Origin: Candidatus Uhrbacteria bacterium
GTDB lineage: Bacteria > Patescibacteriota > Patescibacteriia > UBA9934 > GWF2-40-263
DNA: 64,000 bases
Direction of reading: 5' to 3'
Assembly (NCBI GenBank): GCA_016188425.1
Contig: JACPHX010000020.1
Location: 1,821 to 65,820, forward strand
Each line of letters starts with the position of its first letter. The stretch's first letter is position 1. Below are positions 26,029 to 36,659 of the stretch, piece after piece. The notes under the pieces were generated by a model, which did not search any database, had not been told where the DNA came from, and saw only the letters and a list, made by a program, of their open reading frames with translations. Position numbers and translations under genes: made by a program.

Positions 26029-29000
26029 ATGCCGGAACCACAAACATCCTCCGCTCCCTCCACCACCGCCGCCTCGGTCGCGGATACCGTCTGGGCCTAT
26101 GTGGTTTCGATAAAAACCATGCGCAAACGCGATGGCCGCGAAGAGACGTTTGATGCGCAAAAACTCCGGGCATCCATTGAACGTTCCCTCGTCGATGCCG
26201 GCTTGGAGCCGTCCCGCTGGGCAGACCGGGTCACCAGAACCGTCCTCTCCCGCCTGGGTCGCGCGTTCAACGGGCATACCACTCCTACCTCCGTTGAGGT
26301 GAGGGACGTCGTCGGCCTCGCATTCGTCGACCACAACCTGATCCACGCCGCCAAAAGGTACCTTCAGTTTGCCTCCCACCCCCCCAACCCGACCTCTGGC
26401 GGGGGGGGAGTGCAACCGCGGTATGGCCGCGGCATTACGGTGCCGCGGTATTTTACAAAACCAGGCGTGCATCCATATGAACTCCTTGCCTGGGAACGGC
26501 GTGACGCGAGGATCCAGAACGAGAAAGGCAAGATCATCTTTGAGCAGAAAGGCGTTGAAGTCCCGTCGGGATGGTCGCAGACGGCAACCAACGTCGTCGT
26601 CTCAAAATATTTCCGCGGCAAGGTCGGCGATTCCGACCGTGAGACGTCTGTGCAACAGCTGGTCGACCGGGTCGCCAAGACGGTGGCGGATTGGGGGAGA
26701 GCGGATGGATATTTCCAGAGCGCGGAAGATGCGGATGCGTTTGAGATGGAACTGACGCACATCTTGGTCAACCAGATGGCCGCGTTCAACTCGCCCGTCT
26801 GGTTTAATGTCGGCATCGTGTCAACCCCGCAGTGTTCGGCGTGTTTCATTAATTCCGTTCAAGATGACATGCGTTCCATCCTCAATTTGGCGGTCACGGA
26901 GGGGATGCTGTTTAAAGGCGGGTCTGGGACGGGGTCGAATTTTTCGAACTTACGGTCGAGCCGGGAATATTTGGGAGGAAGCAATGGCCGTGCGTCTGGC
27001 CCCATTTCTTTCATGAAGGGTTTGGACGCGTTTGCGGGCGTTATCAAGAGCGGGGGGAAAACGCGCCGGGCGGCCAAGATGGTCATTTTGAATGTCGATC
27101 ATCCGGATATAAAAGAATTCATCTTCTGCAAGGCGGAGGAGGAAAAGAAGGCCTGGGCGCTGATGGATGCCGGGTACGACGGTTCCATGGACGGCCCGGC
27201 CTATTCCTCAATTTTTTTCCAGAATGCGAATAATTCCGTCCGCGTGACAGACGAGTTCATGCGCGCGGTCGAGCGAGATACGCCATGGATAACACGCGAG
27301 GTCACGACAGGAAAGCCGTCGGAGTCGTATCGAGCCCGCGAGCTCATGCGCGCGATCGCGGAGGCCACCTGGCTGTGCGGCGACCCGGGGATGCAATTCG
27401 ATACCACCGTCAACAATTGGCATACGTGCAAAGCGACGGATCGGATCCATGCAAGCAACCCATGCTCCGAATTCATGTTCCTGGATGATACGGCATGCAA
27501 TCTGGCCTCGCTCAACTTGCTCAAGTTCCGCAAGGCCGTCGCGGCCGGCGACGCATTGGCGCTCGACGTCGAGGCCTTCAAGGCCGCCAATGAAATCGTG
27601 ATCACGGCCATGGAAATCATCGTGGGGAACTCGAGCTATCCGACCCCGTCCATCGAGCAGAATAGTTTGGATTATCGTCCGTTGGGGATAGGGTATGCGA
27701 ATTTGGGCGCGCTCCTCATGAGTCGCGGGCTTGCGTACGATTCGGAGGAAGGACGCCACCTGGCTGCCGCGATCACAGCCCTCCAAAGCGGGCATTGCTA
27801 TGCGCAGAGCGCCAAGATCGCGAAAGTGACCGGGCCGTTCGCCGGCTTTGTCCGCAACCGCGACTCGATGCTGGGTGTCATTCGCATGCACCGCGACGCG
27901 GCCTACCAAATCCATCCCGACGGCGTGCCGCAGGATTTGCTCTCGTGTGCCCGCCTCGCTTGGGACGACGCGCTCGCGCTTGGCGCGGTCCATGGGTTTA
28001 GGAATGCGCAAATTTCCGTCATCGCTCCTACGGGGACGATTTCGTTCCTTATGGACTGCGACACGACCGGGATTGAACCCGATATCGCTTTGGTCAAATA
28101 CAAATGGCTCGTCGGTGGCGGCATGATAAAGATCGTGAACCGTACGGTCCCCGAGGCACTGCAGAAGTTGGGGTATACAACAGACGAACAGAAAGCCATC
28201 CTCGCGCACATTGATGAGCATGACACCATCGAAGGCGCGCCGTCGTTGCGGCCGGAACATCTGCCGGTGTTCGATTGCGCGTTCCGCCCCGCCAAAGGCA
28301 AGCGCTCCATCCATTGGAAAGGCCATGTGCGCATGATGGCGGCTACCCAGCCGTTCGTTTCCGGCGCCATATCAAAGACGGTCAATTTGCCCCATGAGGC
28401 AACCCTCGAAGACATCGAAGAAGCCTACACGGACGCTTGGCGGATGGGCCTCAAGGCGATTGCGATTTACCGCGACGGGTCGAAGCGGCAACAGGCACTC
28501 ACAACATCGAAAGAGAAAGATAGTAAGGCAGCAAATGCTGCTCCAGATACTGTGGCCAAGGGACATGCCACTTGGCCACAGACAGCCACACCACAGCCAA
28601 CACAGAATACATCAGCACCAGTCACTGTTCTCTCTCCTGTAGCTCCTATTCCCGACCGTGCTCGCCTCCGCCGCAAGCGCCTCCCCGACGAACGCCGCTC
28701 CTTGACGCACAAGTTCGCCATTGGAAGCCATGAAGGATATATCACCGTCGGGTTGTATGACGATGGCAAGCCGGGCGAGCTGTTCATCATGATGGCCAAG
28801 GAAGGGTCGGTGATCAGCGGCCTGATGAATAGTTTCGCGACCGCGATTTCGATCGGACTTCAGTACGGCGTGCCGCTGGACGTGCTTGTGAACAAATTCG
28901 TCCATACGCGATTCGAACCATCCGGCTTCACAAACAATTCCAATATCCGCATGGCCAAATCGTTGGTGGATTACATCTTCCGTTGGATGGCGCTCAAGTT

Positions 29001-29331
29001 CCTTTCCCGCGAAGTGCAAGAGAGGGTCGGGCTGAACTTGCCTGCCGCCTCCGAAGGCCTTGTCGACGACCGCGACCATCAGGCGGCGCCGGCCTCCGCA
29101 GGAGGCACGCCCGCCGGAGAGATGGGACCGATGCCCGAGTCCCAGCCGACGCTCTTCACCGCCACGCTTCCTCTCCCTCCCAAAGGAAGAACCGAGGGGG
29201 GGGCTGTATCAATGACCACCTTCGACAATCAAAGCGATGCCCCGGCCTGCGATACGTGCGGATCCATGATGGTGCGGAATGCCGCCTGTTATAAGTGCCT
29301 CAACTGCGGAGCGACGAGCGGGTGCAGCTGA
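26029..29331 (+). CDS. nrdJ: class II (adenosylcobalamin-dependent) ribonucleotide reductase with N-terminal ATP-cone
   Basis: ATP-cone MRKRDGREETFDAQKLRASIERSL. Long RNR class II core including CSEFMFLDDTACNLASLNL and CGDPGMQFDTTVN. C-terminal zinc ribbon CDTCGSMMVRNAACYKCLNCG. Confidence 0.9.
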   Translation: MPEPQTSSAPSTTAASVADTVWAYVVSIKTMRKRDGREETFDAQKLRASIERSLVDAGLEPSRWADRVTRTVLSRLGRAFNGHTTPTSVEVRDVVGLAFVDHNLIHAAKRYLQFASHPPNPTSGGGGVQPRYGRGITVPRYFTKPGVHPYELLAWERRDARIQNEKGKIIFEQKGVEVPSGWSQTATNVVVSKYFRGKVGDSDRETSVQQLVDRVAKTVADWGRADGYFQSAEDADAFEMELTHILVNQMAAFNSPVWFNVGIVSTPQCSACFINSVQDDMRSILNLAVTEGMLFKGGSGTGSNFSNLRSSREYLGGSNGRASGPISFMKGLDAFAGVIKSGGKTRRAAKMVILNVDHPDIKEFIFCKAEEEKKAWALMDAGYDGSMDGPAYSSIFFQNANNSVRVTDEFMRAVERDTPWITREVTTGKPSESYRARELMRAIAEATWLCGDPGMQFDTTVNNWHTCKATDRIHASNPCSEFMFLDDTACNLASLNLLKFRKAVAAGDALALDVEAFKAANEIVITAMEIIVGNSSYPTPSIEQNSLDYRPLGIGYANLGALLMSRGLAYDSEEGRHLAAAITALQSGHCYAQSAKIAKVTGPFAGFVRNRDSMLGVIRMHRDAAYQIHPDGVPQDLLSCARLAWDDALALGAVHGFRNAQISVIAPTGTISFLMDCDTTGIEPDIALVKYKWLVGGGMIKIVNRTVPEALQKLGYTTDEQKAILAHIDEHDTIEGAPSLRPEHLPVFDCAFRPAKGKRSIHWKGHVRMMAATQPFVSGAISKTVNLPHEATLEDIEEAYTDAWRMGLKAIAIYRDGSKRQQALTTSKEKDSKAANAAPDTVAKGHATWPQTATPQPTQNTSAPVTVLSPVAPIPDRARLRRKRLPDERRSLTHKFAIGSHEGYITVGLYDDGKPGELFIMMAKEGSVISGLMNSFATAISIGLQYGVPLDVLVNKFVHTRFEPSGFTNNSNIRMAKSLVDYIFRWMALKFLSREVQERVGLNLPAASEGLVDDRDHQAAPASAGGTPAGEMGPMPESQPTLFTATLPLPPKGRTEGGAVSMTTFDNQSDAPACDTCGSMMVRNAACYKCLNCGATSGCS

Positions 29332-29333
29332 TT

Positions 29334-29924
29334 ATGTCCCTCTACACCAAAACCGGCGACCAGGGAGAGACGGGTCTCTACGGCGGGCGTCGCGTGCGCA
29401 AGGATCATGCCCGCGTCTGCGCGTACGGGACGGTCGACGAAGCTGGGAGCGCGATCGGCCTCGCGGCCGCGAGCCCGGGCGTTTCGTCTGCGACGCGCGA
29501 GACCCTGCTCGATATCTTGAGCGATCTGTTCGACCTCGGGGCCGAGCTCGCCGCGCCGTCGGATCACTCGCACGCGGTCGAGTCTTTGTCCGCGCGGCTG
29601 GATTCGCGCGTGAGCGTGGAGCGCGTGGCCGAATTCGAAGCGATCATTGATTATTGGGAAGCGCGACTTCCTCCGCTTACCTCATTCGTATTACCAACCG
29701 GAAGCGAAACGGCCGCTCGTCTCCAGGCGGCGCGCAGTGCCGTCCGCCGCGCCGAACGGGAAGCGGTTTCGCTTGCAGACCAGGGCGAGATGGTGCGCGA
29801 GCAAGTTATTCACTACCTGAACCGCTTGTCCGATCTCCTCTTCATTCTCGCCCGCGCGAGCAATCATGAATCCGGGTACGGGGATTTGGTTTGGAAGGGG
29901 AAGAAAATGGGAAAAACACCTTGA
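29334..29924 (+). CDS. pduO: ATP:cob(I)alamin adenosyltransferase, PduO type
   Basis: MSLYTKTGDQGETGLYGGRRVRKDHARVCAYGTVDE is the PduO/MMAB-type N-terminus; the ATG lies 3 nt after the nrdJ stop. Confidence 0.8.
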   Translation: MSLYTKTGDQGETGLYGGRRVRKDHARVCAYGTVDEAGSAIGLAAASPGVSSATRETLLDILSDLFDLGAELAAPSDHSHAVESLSARLDSRVSVERVAEFEAIIDYWEARLPPLTSFVLPTGSETAARLQAARSAVRRAEREAVSLADQGEMVREQVIHYLNRLSDLLFILARASNHESGYGDLVWKGKKMGKTP

Positions 29925-30009
29925 GGCACGCCGCACAACATATCCCCTCATCACAACGAAATATATTACGCCAGCCGTCGCCTCATCAACGCTGCTGCTG
30001 ATGCGACGG

Positions 30010-30085
<76 letters not shown>

Positions 30086-30171
30086 GATTGTTCTTTCCCC
30101 TTGCAGCATCAAGGTACCCAATCGTCAGACAAACGACAAGATACGTCGAGGATTTGCTATAATCCACCCAT

Positions 30172-30672
30172 GTGTTCTGGATCGAAATCCTCGTCTTCAT
30201 CCTTTTGTGCTCCTTTGCCTACGCCGCCCACCGGGGCGCGCCGTGGGTGCCTACCTGGCGGAGGGATTTTTCAAGGATCAAGCGGCTTCTGGATCTCAAA
30301 GAAGGGGAGACGTTCTTTGAATTGGGCTGCGGCGATGGTCGGGTTGTTTGTGCACTCTCGGACGTCTCGGGAGCAAAGGGGATAGGAGTCGAGCTTTCTT
30401 TCGTCCAATACCTCGTCGCCCGCCTGCGCGCCTGGCGCCGCCCGCTTGTATGCATCGAGCTCAAGGACGCGTTCAATGTCGACCTCTCGGAGGTGGATGC
30501 CGTGTACTTGTTCCTCATGTCCGAAACCTACGGCAAGCTCTGTGAGAAGTTTGAAAAAGAATTGAAGCCAGGATGTCGGGTCGTGACGTATGTCTGGCCG
30601 ATCCCGGGGTGGGTGGCGACGGAGGTAGACAGGAAAGGAGGGAGGCCGCCGGTGTATTTGTATAGGCGATGA
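30172..30672 (+). CDS. N-terminally TM-anchored class I SAM-dependent methyltransferase (paralogue of 17818..18375)
   Basis: MFWIEILVFILLCSFAYAA then LDLKEGETFFELGCGDGRVV. Confidence 0.6.
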   Translation: MFWIEILVFILLCSFAYAAHRGAPWVPTWRRDFSRIKRLLDLKEGETFFELGCGDGRVVCALSDVSGAKGIGVELSFVQYLVARLRAWRRPLVCIELKDAFNVDLSEVDAVYLFLMSETYGKLCEKFEKELKPGCRVVTYVWPIPGWVATEVDRKGGRPPVYLYRR

Positions 30673-30797
30673 AGGGCGCAAAGGGCGCAGGAGGTCCAAG
30701 GGGCGCAGGAACATAGGCGCGCAAGCGCGGATGTGCTTCTTCGTTCCGTGTTCCCGTCTCTCCCCTTGCGCCCCTTGGACCCCTTGCGCCCCTTGCG
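30671..30797. repeat. CAAGGG-unit structured element, copy B2 (inverted relative to B1)
   Basis: Its reverse complement reads GGCGCAAGGGGCGCAAGGGGTCCAAGGGGCGCAAGGGG...GAACACGGA...GCGCGCTTGCGCGCCTATGTTCCTGCGCCCCTTGGACC.... It begins at the methyltransferase stop codon. Confidence 0.7.
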
Positions 30798-30875
30798 CCT
30801 CTGTCCAAAATAAAACACCCCCCGACCAGTTTTCACTAGTCGGGAGGTACGCACCGTGTGTGTTGATTGACCTTG

Positions 30876-32540
30876 TCACATGACGAGGACCGTGAGGTTC
30901 GGGTTTCCGAGAACCTCGCGGACCCCGCGGTCCAGCGTGGCGAAGGGGAGGGGGATCGGATTCCCCTCGATTTCCCTGCGTCCGTCCCGATGCTCCTTGA
31001 TCCGGCCGTTGATGATCATGGAGCCCTTGGTGAAGCAGTACACGTCCGTGCAGCCCACGAGATCGTGTCCACCCTCTTCGGTCATGGACATCTCCTCGAC
31101 CATGGCCACGAAGGCCGCGACCTCTTCTTCGGAAAACCCCTCCTCCGTGAGGATGTTGGCCGCGACCGTCACTGGGTTGATCCTCAACACCTGGATGTTG
31201 GCCATCTGCCGCGAAACGGCTTGGAAGGCCACCATCGCTTTGATGACGGCGGGATCCGTTTCTGCCACTCCCTGACCCAGCAGGTTCTGGCGGAAGAGCT
31301 CCGACGGATCTTCCGGATCCGAAATGGCCTCGCGGAACCGTTCGAGCGCTTGCTCGACGCTCCCCTTGGCCTCCTCCTCCGTTTTTTCCGAAACCGTTTC
31401 CGTCTTCTCGCCTTCGGTCTCGTCTGCCTCGGTCGGCTCCGGCTCCGAGTCCTGCTCCTCCTGCGAGGGTTCGACCGACTCGGTCGTCGACTGACCCTCT
31501 GGTCCCCTTCGCAGCGCGTCCTTGAGTTTTTTCAGGATCCTTTTGAGGGGGCTGAAGGAGTCGATGGCCGCCTGCACGAGCTCCGGAGGCGCCTCTTGGC
31601 GCTCCAGCTCCATGAGGTTGATCTTGAGCGCAAGCTCGTAGATCAGCCTCTTCTTCTTCTGATCGACCGTGAGGTACATGTTCCCCTTTGGGCTGGTCAG
31701 GAGGACGATGTCCACCTGGAACCTGTACCGCAAGTACCGGCCCATCTCGCGGTTCTCGACGCCTTCGATCGCGATGTACCGGTAGGGACGCAGGGTGGCG
31801 GCCCGTTCTCCCAACCGCATGGTCGGGATCCAGAACGTCTCGTCGACGAACTTCCCTTCGCGAGTTTTCTCGGCGATGACCCGTTCGCAATCCATGGCGA
31901 ACATTTTCTGTTGTTCCTCGAACGCGTCGAAGAAAAGGTCGAGCGCCTCGTTCATGCCCTTGGTGTCGCCGTACAAATTGACGGACTTCACGACGTTGGG
32001 AAGGGCCAGCGGATCCAGCTCGCCTCCTTTGGTATCCGCCTCGCGGATGCGCGTGAGCGCGTAGGTGTACTTGAGCTTCTTGTCCGCCTTCACGAACCGC
32101 GCGCACAGGTCGGCGCAGCACACGTCTGGCGTCCGACCATGTTTCTTGTGCTCATCCAGCGTCCCTCCGCCCACGCCCAGGGCGAGGACGTCGGAGCGCA
32201 GGCCATCGGGCCCGTCAGGGTCCCCGAATTTCTGGAAGAGCTCATCCTCGCTGACCTCGACGTCCTCCGGCGGCTCGTTCTCGGGCCACCAGATCACTCC
32301 CGAGTCGATGCCCTCCTTGAGGAGGATACGACGTCCGTATCGCTCGTCGATGTGCCTGCCGTAGTGGCTGGCGAAGATTCGGATTCGGCGCGCTCCCTTG
32401 GGGCACACCGATCGGTCGAATGAGGGGCGACGTTCGGTCGGCTCCTCCTCGGCGGTTTCCTGTTCTCCTTTCGTTTCTGGCTTCACCAAGTGGCTGAAGT
32501 CCAGCTCAATTTTTTCGTTGGTTCCGTCGTTGCTTCCCAT
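30876..32540 (-). CDS. hypothetical protein with an acidic low-complexity segment
   Basis: 554-aa ORF with protein-like sequence. The overlapping plus ORF 30867..32423 and minus ORF 30271..32121 are L/R-rich shadow frames. Confidence 0.5.
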   Translation of the reverse strand: MGSNDGTNEKIELDFSHLVKPETKGEQETAEEEPTERRPSFDRSVCPKGARRIRIFASHYGRHIDERYGRRILLKEGIDSGVIWWPENEPPEDVEVSEDELFQKFGDPDGPDGLRSDVLALGVGGGTLDEHKKHGRTPDVCCADLCARFVKADKKLKYTYALTRIREADTKGGELDPLALPNVVKSVNLYGDTKGMNEALDLFFDAFEEQQKMFAMDCERVIAEKTREGKFVDETFWIPTMRLGERAATLRPYRYIAIEGVENREMGRYLRYRFQVDIVLLTSPKGNMYLTVDQKKKRLIYELALKINLMELERQEAPPELVQAAIDSFSPLKRILKKLKDALRRGPEGQSTTESVEPSQEEQDSEPEPTEADETEGEKTETVSEKTEEEAKGSVEQALERFREAISDPEDPSELFRQNLLGQGVAETDPAVIKAMVAFQAVSRQMANIQVLRINPVTVAANILTEEGFSEEEVAAFVAMVEEMSMTEEGGHDLVGCTDVYCFTKGSMIINGRIKEHRDGRREIEGNPIPLPFATLDRGVREVLGNPNLTVLVM

Positions 32541-32676
32541 CTTGTTTCTCCTTCTGTGTGGGGTTGAGGCAACGCGCCATAGTGGCAGAAAATAGCGCGT
32601 TTGTCAATAGAAAAGGCCGTCCCAGGAAGCGAGTGGGGACGGCCGAGGATGACGGGTCAGGTTGGAGCGGATTCGA

Positions 32677-33210
32677 TTAGCGATCTCCTCGTTTTCCTTG
32701 GGTTTTTGAGCGGGGGTGAGTGGTGGGCGACGGAGACGAACGGTCGCCGAACGCTTCGCCTATGAGTCGGCAGATGCGGGCCGGGTCTTTTGAGAGCTCC
32801 GAGCCGGGTTTCGCCAGGATGACGAAACCCTTTCCAGCTGGGTACCGTTTTACTCCTCTGCGGACTTCCGCATCAGAGCTCGATTCCGGGTTCTTGAGCT
32901 TCCAATGGCTGGGTTCGATTTTTGACAAGGCCGGGAGGAGTCGCAGGTTGAACTCCGGATGGAAGGTCTCCAAAGGGGCCACTCGGAGGATTCCAGCACC
33001 GGTTTTCGGGTCGACTAGATGTAGCGTGTCTCCCCTGCCGATTCCCCTGGCAAAGAGGATGGCCGTGCAGGCAGCGAATTTTTTCTCGTCCGCACGATGG
33101 GTGATGGTCACCCGTTCTTCGCCGTCGAAGAGCCACAGTTCTACGTCGGCACCCTCGACCTCCTCGGCCATGTGGCTCATGAACTCTGGTTTTGATTCTA
33201 TTGACTTCAT
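32677..33210 (-). CDS. hypothetical protein
   Basis: Start at internal M38 (MKSIESKPEF...) of ORF 32677..33321; the plus-strand alternative 32720..33412 is S-rich and not protein-like. Confidence 0.4.
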   Translation of the reverse strand: MKSIESKPEFMSHMAEEVEGADVELWLFDGEERVTITHRADEKKFAACTAILFARGIGRGDTLHLVDPKTGAGILRVAPLETFHPEFNLRLLPALSKIEPSHWKLKNPESSSDAEVRRGVKRYPAGKGFVILAKPGSELSKDPARICRLIGEAFGDRSSPSPTTHPRSKTQGKRGDR

Positions 33211-33332
33211 GTCTTCTCCTTTTCTTTTTTTACTCTTGACATGGATGGAAAAGGTATCAGAAAAAATCGTTCCGGTCAAGTTGGTTGTGTTCTTTCTTCC
33301 TGCTTCGTATAATGCCCACACACTTTTTCCCT

Positions 33333-33779
33333 ATGACACTTCCAGAACTTTTGTCGGTGGCCCCAGGCGCCGACCTGACCGTGGTGAACGAACCGTTCCA
33401 TTGTGCGGGTAAATTAGTCCTCACATTAGAAGGAGGCGAGAGCAGGTCATGGCTCTTCTCCGAAGAAGGCGAGCTGCTCGCCGTTGCCCCCGGGGACGAT
33501 GAAGCGATGTTTTTCCGCCCGACAGGAGAGGAGATAGACGCGAGCGGCGATCAAGTCCTGTTCCAAGGCAAGGATTATGAATCGACCTATGAGGACGGCG
33601 GGAAGATCAGCCAGGTCCAAGGCGACGTGGTAGGCATGGCCGACGACCGGCTGGCTTTTTCGGAATACGAGGCCGACGACGGCGGCCGGGTCCGGGTCAT
33701 CCGCAACGAGAATACGGGCGAGACAAGATCTTATGTCGGCGAGGTGGTCGTGGTTGAAGAAATAATGTCCGTTTCCTAA
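33333..33779 (+). CDS. hypothetical acidic protein
   Basis: MTLPELLSVAPGADLTVVNEPFHCAGKLVLTLEGGESRSWLF...; internal M17 of ORF 33285..33779. Confidence 0.45.
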   Translation: MTLPELLSVAPGADLTVVNEPFHCAGKLVLTLEGGESRSWLFSEEGELLAVAPGDDEAMFFRPTGEEIDASGDQVLFQGKDYESTYEDGGKISQVQGDVVGMADDRLAFSEYEADDGGRVRVIRNENTGETRSYVGEVVVVEEIMSVS

Positions 33780-33784
33780 AACCG

Positions 33785-34891
33785 ATGTCGTGGCGTGCCT
33801 GGTGCCTCATTCTGGCTTTTGCTTTCGCCGCGGTCGTCGGCATTGCCACGGCGGCATTTTGGCCGTTGGATCCCGCGGCCGAGGCAGGTCGGATGCGGCA
33901 GGCCATGTCCTCGTTGTCGGGAGCGCACATGCGGGGGAGTTTCCACCTTCGGGAAGGAGAAGGGTCTTCCTTGCACGTTGAGCGTCTTTTTGTTGATGCG
34001 GACGTTCGTCTTTTAAGCGGAAGCGGTTTTGTTGCCGACGTCTCCCATGTCCAAAGTGCCCCAACGTCGATGTATTCCCAGCAGCAGTTCGTTGAAGCGG
34101 CAGGTGTGCGTTATCGGAGGTTCGACCCAAAGGAGGGATGGCGCGTGCAGGAGAGAACCAATGAAGCGGTATCTTTGGATGGGTTATGGGCATTTTCCCC
34201 TTCATTGTTTCTTGATGTTCCGTGGGAGGATGGGGTTCCGGGCGAGGTGCGTACCGCACTCGCATCCGCGGACATTTTTGCGGTGACAGATGCAGGAACG
34301 CGATGGCAGATTCCGGGAGAACAAGGGAGGGTGATCGAGGCGCGGCTGGTTCCTGACACGGCTCGAAGCTGGTTGGTTGGCTTCCTTACACAAATGAATG
34401 GATCTGTTTCAGATGCAGACCGTCTTTTGATCGAGCGCACTGTGGGGCTCTGGTCGCCCCTTACCTGGCGCTGGTATATTGGGAGCAAGACTCATCGTCT
34501 GTATAGGATCGAAGTCGATGGGGAAGTACCTGTGTTGGGCCGCGCGTCTGCACGAAGTTTTTCTGGTCGGGTCGATTTTAGTAGTTTCAATGAGGTGAAG
34601 CCGATACCAGTGCCAACGCCAGTGGTTCGTATCGGGGCAGATGGGGCCCTCACAGGGATTCCTGCGACGCGAACGCAGAAACACTCGCCGGCGGCAGGTT
34701 CTTTGGGGGCCGCGTCAATCGATGATCCGGATGATGACGGACTCTCCAATACACAGGAAGTTTTTTACGGGACGAATCCCCTTGTTGCTGATACGGATGC
34801 GGACGGGGTGGGGGATGGGGATGAAGTGGACGCAGGTACGAATCCGACCGGGGAGGGACGGTTATTTGGCTTTGGGGTTCTCCATCGATAA
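33785..34891 (+). CDS. signal-anchored extracytoplasmic protein with C-terminal TSP3-like Ca-binding repeats
   Basis: N-terminal WCLILAFAFAAVVGIATAAFW; C-terminal DDPDDDGLSNTQEVFYGTNPLVADTDADGVGDGDEVDAGTNP. Confidence 0.5.
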   Translation: MSWRAWCLILAFAFAAVVGIATAAFWPLDPAAEAGRMRQAMSSLSGAHMRGSFHLREGEGSSLHVERLFVDADVRLLSGSGFVADVSHVQSAPTSMYSQQQFVEAAGVRYRRFDPKEGWRVQERTNEAVSLDGLWAFSPSLFLDVPWEDGVPGEVRTALASADIFAVTDAGTRWQIPGEQGRVIEARLVPDTARSWLVGFLTQMNGSVSDADRLLIERTVGLWSPLTWRWYIGSKTHRLYRIEVDGEVPVLGRASARSFSGRVDFSSFNEVKPIPVPTPVVRIGADGALTGIPATRTQKHSPAAGSLGAASIDDPDDDGLSNTQEVFYGTNPLVADTDADGVGDGDEVDAGTNPTGEGRLFGFGVLHR

Positions 34892-34895
34892 ACGT

Positions 34896-36656
34896 ATGCA
34901 ACGACTTGGTCGTGCCATGCGCCGCCCTGGAAGCGGTGGTGTCGCCTGGCGAACCACATTCTTTTTTGTGTGTGCAGTGGTGCTTGCCATAGGCGCCGCG
35001 TTTCGGTTGTGGGTATTGATGGTGGCAGACCATGCGTCCTACCAGGCCTTGGCGAGCGGGCAGCACGAGATCATCCAAACGCTTTTCCCCAAACGAGGGT
35101 CCATTTATATTCGCGATGTAAAAGGAGCGACGACGGTTCCGCTCGCGACCAACCGCCGGTTGGCGTTTGTCTTTGCCGACCCGCGTCGCATCGAGGATGC
35201 CGCACGGACGACAGGCCTGCTCGCTGAATTATTCGGATACGATGAGGAACAGAAAGAAAAATTACGCGATCGATTAAGCCGGAAGGAAGATCCGTATGAA
35301 CCCGTCGAGCACCATGTCTCCGATGAAACGCTTGCGCGGCTGAAGGAGTTGAATTTGGCTGGCATTTCGACCGTGGATGAAGATTCGCGCTACTATCCCG
35401 AAGCGGCGCTTGGGGGGCATATCGCCGGTTTCTTTGGGATGAACGAGGATGGAACCTCCGCAGGAAAGTACGGCATAGAGGGATTTTTTAATGAACTATT
35501 GGCAGGGAAACCAGGGCTCGTTCGTTCGGAACGGGATATGGCCGGCCGTCTTATTTCCGTGGGGGAACAGGCATTTGTCCCGGCAGAGAACGGGGTTGAT
35601 ATCGTGCTGACCATCGATCAGACGATCCAGTACCGCGTCTGCCATGCTTTGAAGAAGGCGGTCGCCGAGCATCAGGCGGATGGGGGAAGCGTCGTGGTGC
35701 TAGATCCGTCAACCGGAGCGGTGCTCGCCATGTGCGGTTCGCCGGATTTCGACCCGGCGAACTATGGGGCCGTGGAGGGTCTGCACGTGTACAATAACCC
35801 GGCGATATTTTCGGCCTATGAACCGGGGTCGGTGTTTAAACCGATCACGATTTCGGCGGCGATTGATGCGGGGGTCGTGGGGCCCGATACAACCTATGAG
35901 GACACGGGATTGATCGTCATCGACGACCACCCTATTAAAAACTCCGACGGCCTCGCCCATGGGATCCAGACGATGACCCAGGTGCTCGAACGTTCGCTCA
36001 ATACCGGATCCATTTTTGCCATGCGCCAGCTGGGTCCGGACCGCTTCGGGGAGTATGTGCACGCGTTCGGGTTCGGGGAAAAAACGGGGATAGAGCTCAA
36101 GACGGAAGTGGAAGGCGATTTAAAGGCCATGGATACCGGCGAGGAGATTTTTGCGGCGACGGCCTCCTACGGGCAAGGCCTTACCGTGACGCCTCTCCAA
36201 CTCGCGGCCGCGTTTGCGGCTATTGCCAATGGGGGAATATTGCGCCGCCCCTCGATCGTTTCAGAGATGCGTTATCCGGATGGGCGAGTGGAGACGCGGG
36301 AGCCGCAGGACATCCGCCGCGTCGTTTCCGCGCGCGCGGCACGCATGACGACCGCGATGATGGTTTCCGTGGTCGAGAACGGATACGGCAAGAAATCCGG
36401 CGTGCGCGGGTACTACATTGCTGGCAAGACGGGAACCGCCCAGGTGGCCCGCGAAGACGGGCATGTGGGATATCAGGAAGGGAATACCAACACGACGTTT
36501 GCCGGCTTCGGTCCCGTCGAAGACCCAAAGTTCGTCATGGTGACCCGCCTGGACCATCCCCGCGATTCTCAATGGGCCGAAACCACCGCCACTCCGCTAT
36601 TTGGGGAAATCGCCGCGTTCCTGCTAGACTATTTGGAAATACCCCCTACCCGCTGA
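34896..36656 (+). CDS. ftsI: penicillin-binding protein 2 / FtsI-type peptidoglycan D,D-transpeptidase
   Basis: N-terminal TM anchor. SVFKP (SxxK), SLNTG (SxN) and KTGTAQ (KTG) active-site motifs. Confidence 0.85.
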   Translation: MQRLGRAMRRPGSGGVAWRTTFFFVCAVVLAIGAAFRLWVLMVADHASYQALASGQHEIIQTLFPKRGSIYIRDVKGATTVPLATNRRLAFVFADPRRIEDAARTTGLLAELFGYDEEQKEKLRDRLSRKEDPYEPVEHHVSDETLARLKELNLAGISTVDEDSRYYPEAALGGHIAGFFGMNEDGTSAGKYGIEGFFNELLAGKPGLVRSERDMAGRLISVGEQAFVPAENGVDIVLTIDQTIQYRVCHALKKAVAEHQADGGSVVVLDPSTGAVLAMCGSPDFDPANYGAVEGLHVYNNPAIFSAYEPGSVFKPITISAAIDAGVVGPDTTYEDTGLIVIDDHPIKNSDGLAHGIQTMTQVLERSLNTGSIFAMRQLGPDRFGEYVHAFGFGEKTGIELKTEVEGDLKAMDTGEEIFAATASYGQGLTVTPLQLAAAFAAIANGGILRRPSIVSEMRYPDGRVETREPQDIRRVVSARAARMTTAMMVSVVENGYGKKSGVRGYYIAGKTGTAQVAREDGHVGYQEGNTNTTFAGFGPVEDPKFVMVTRLDHPRDSQWAETTATPLFGEIAAFLLDYLEIPPTR

Positions 36657-36659
36657 AGT

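Noticed and set aside
30867-32423. 518-aa plus ORF and 616-aa minus ORF (30271..32121) overlapping the gene at 30876..32540
   Set aside because: L/R-rich or R/G-rich low-complexity translations; the 554-aa minus product is the only natural-looking protein.
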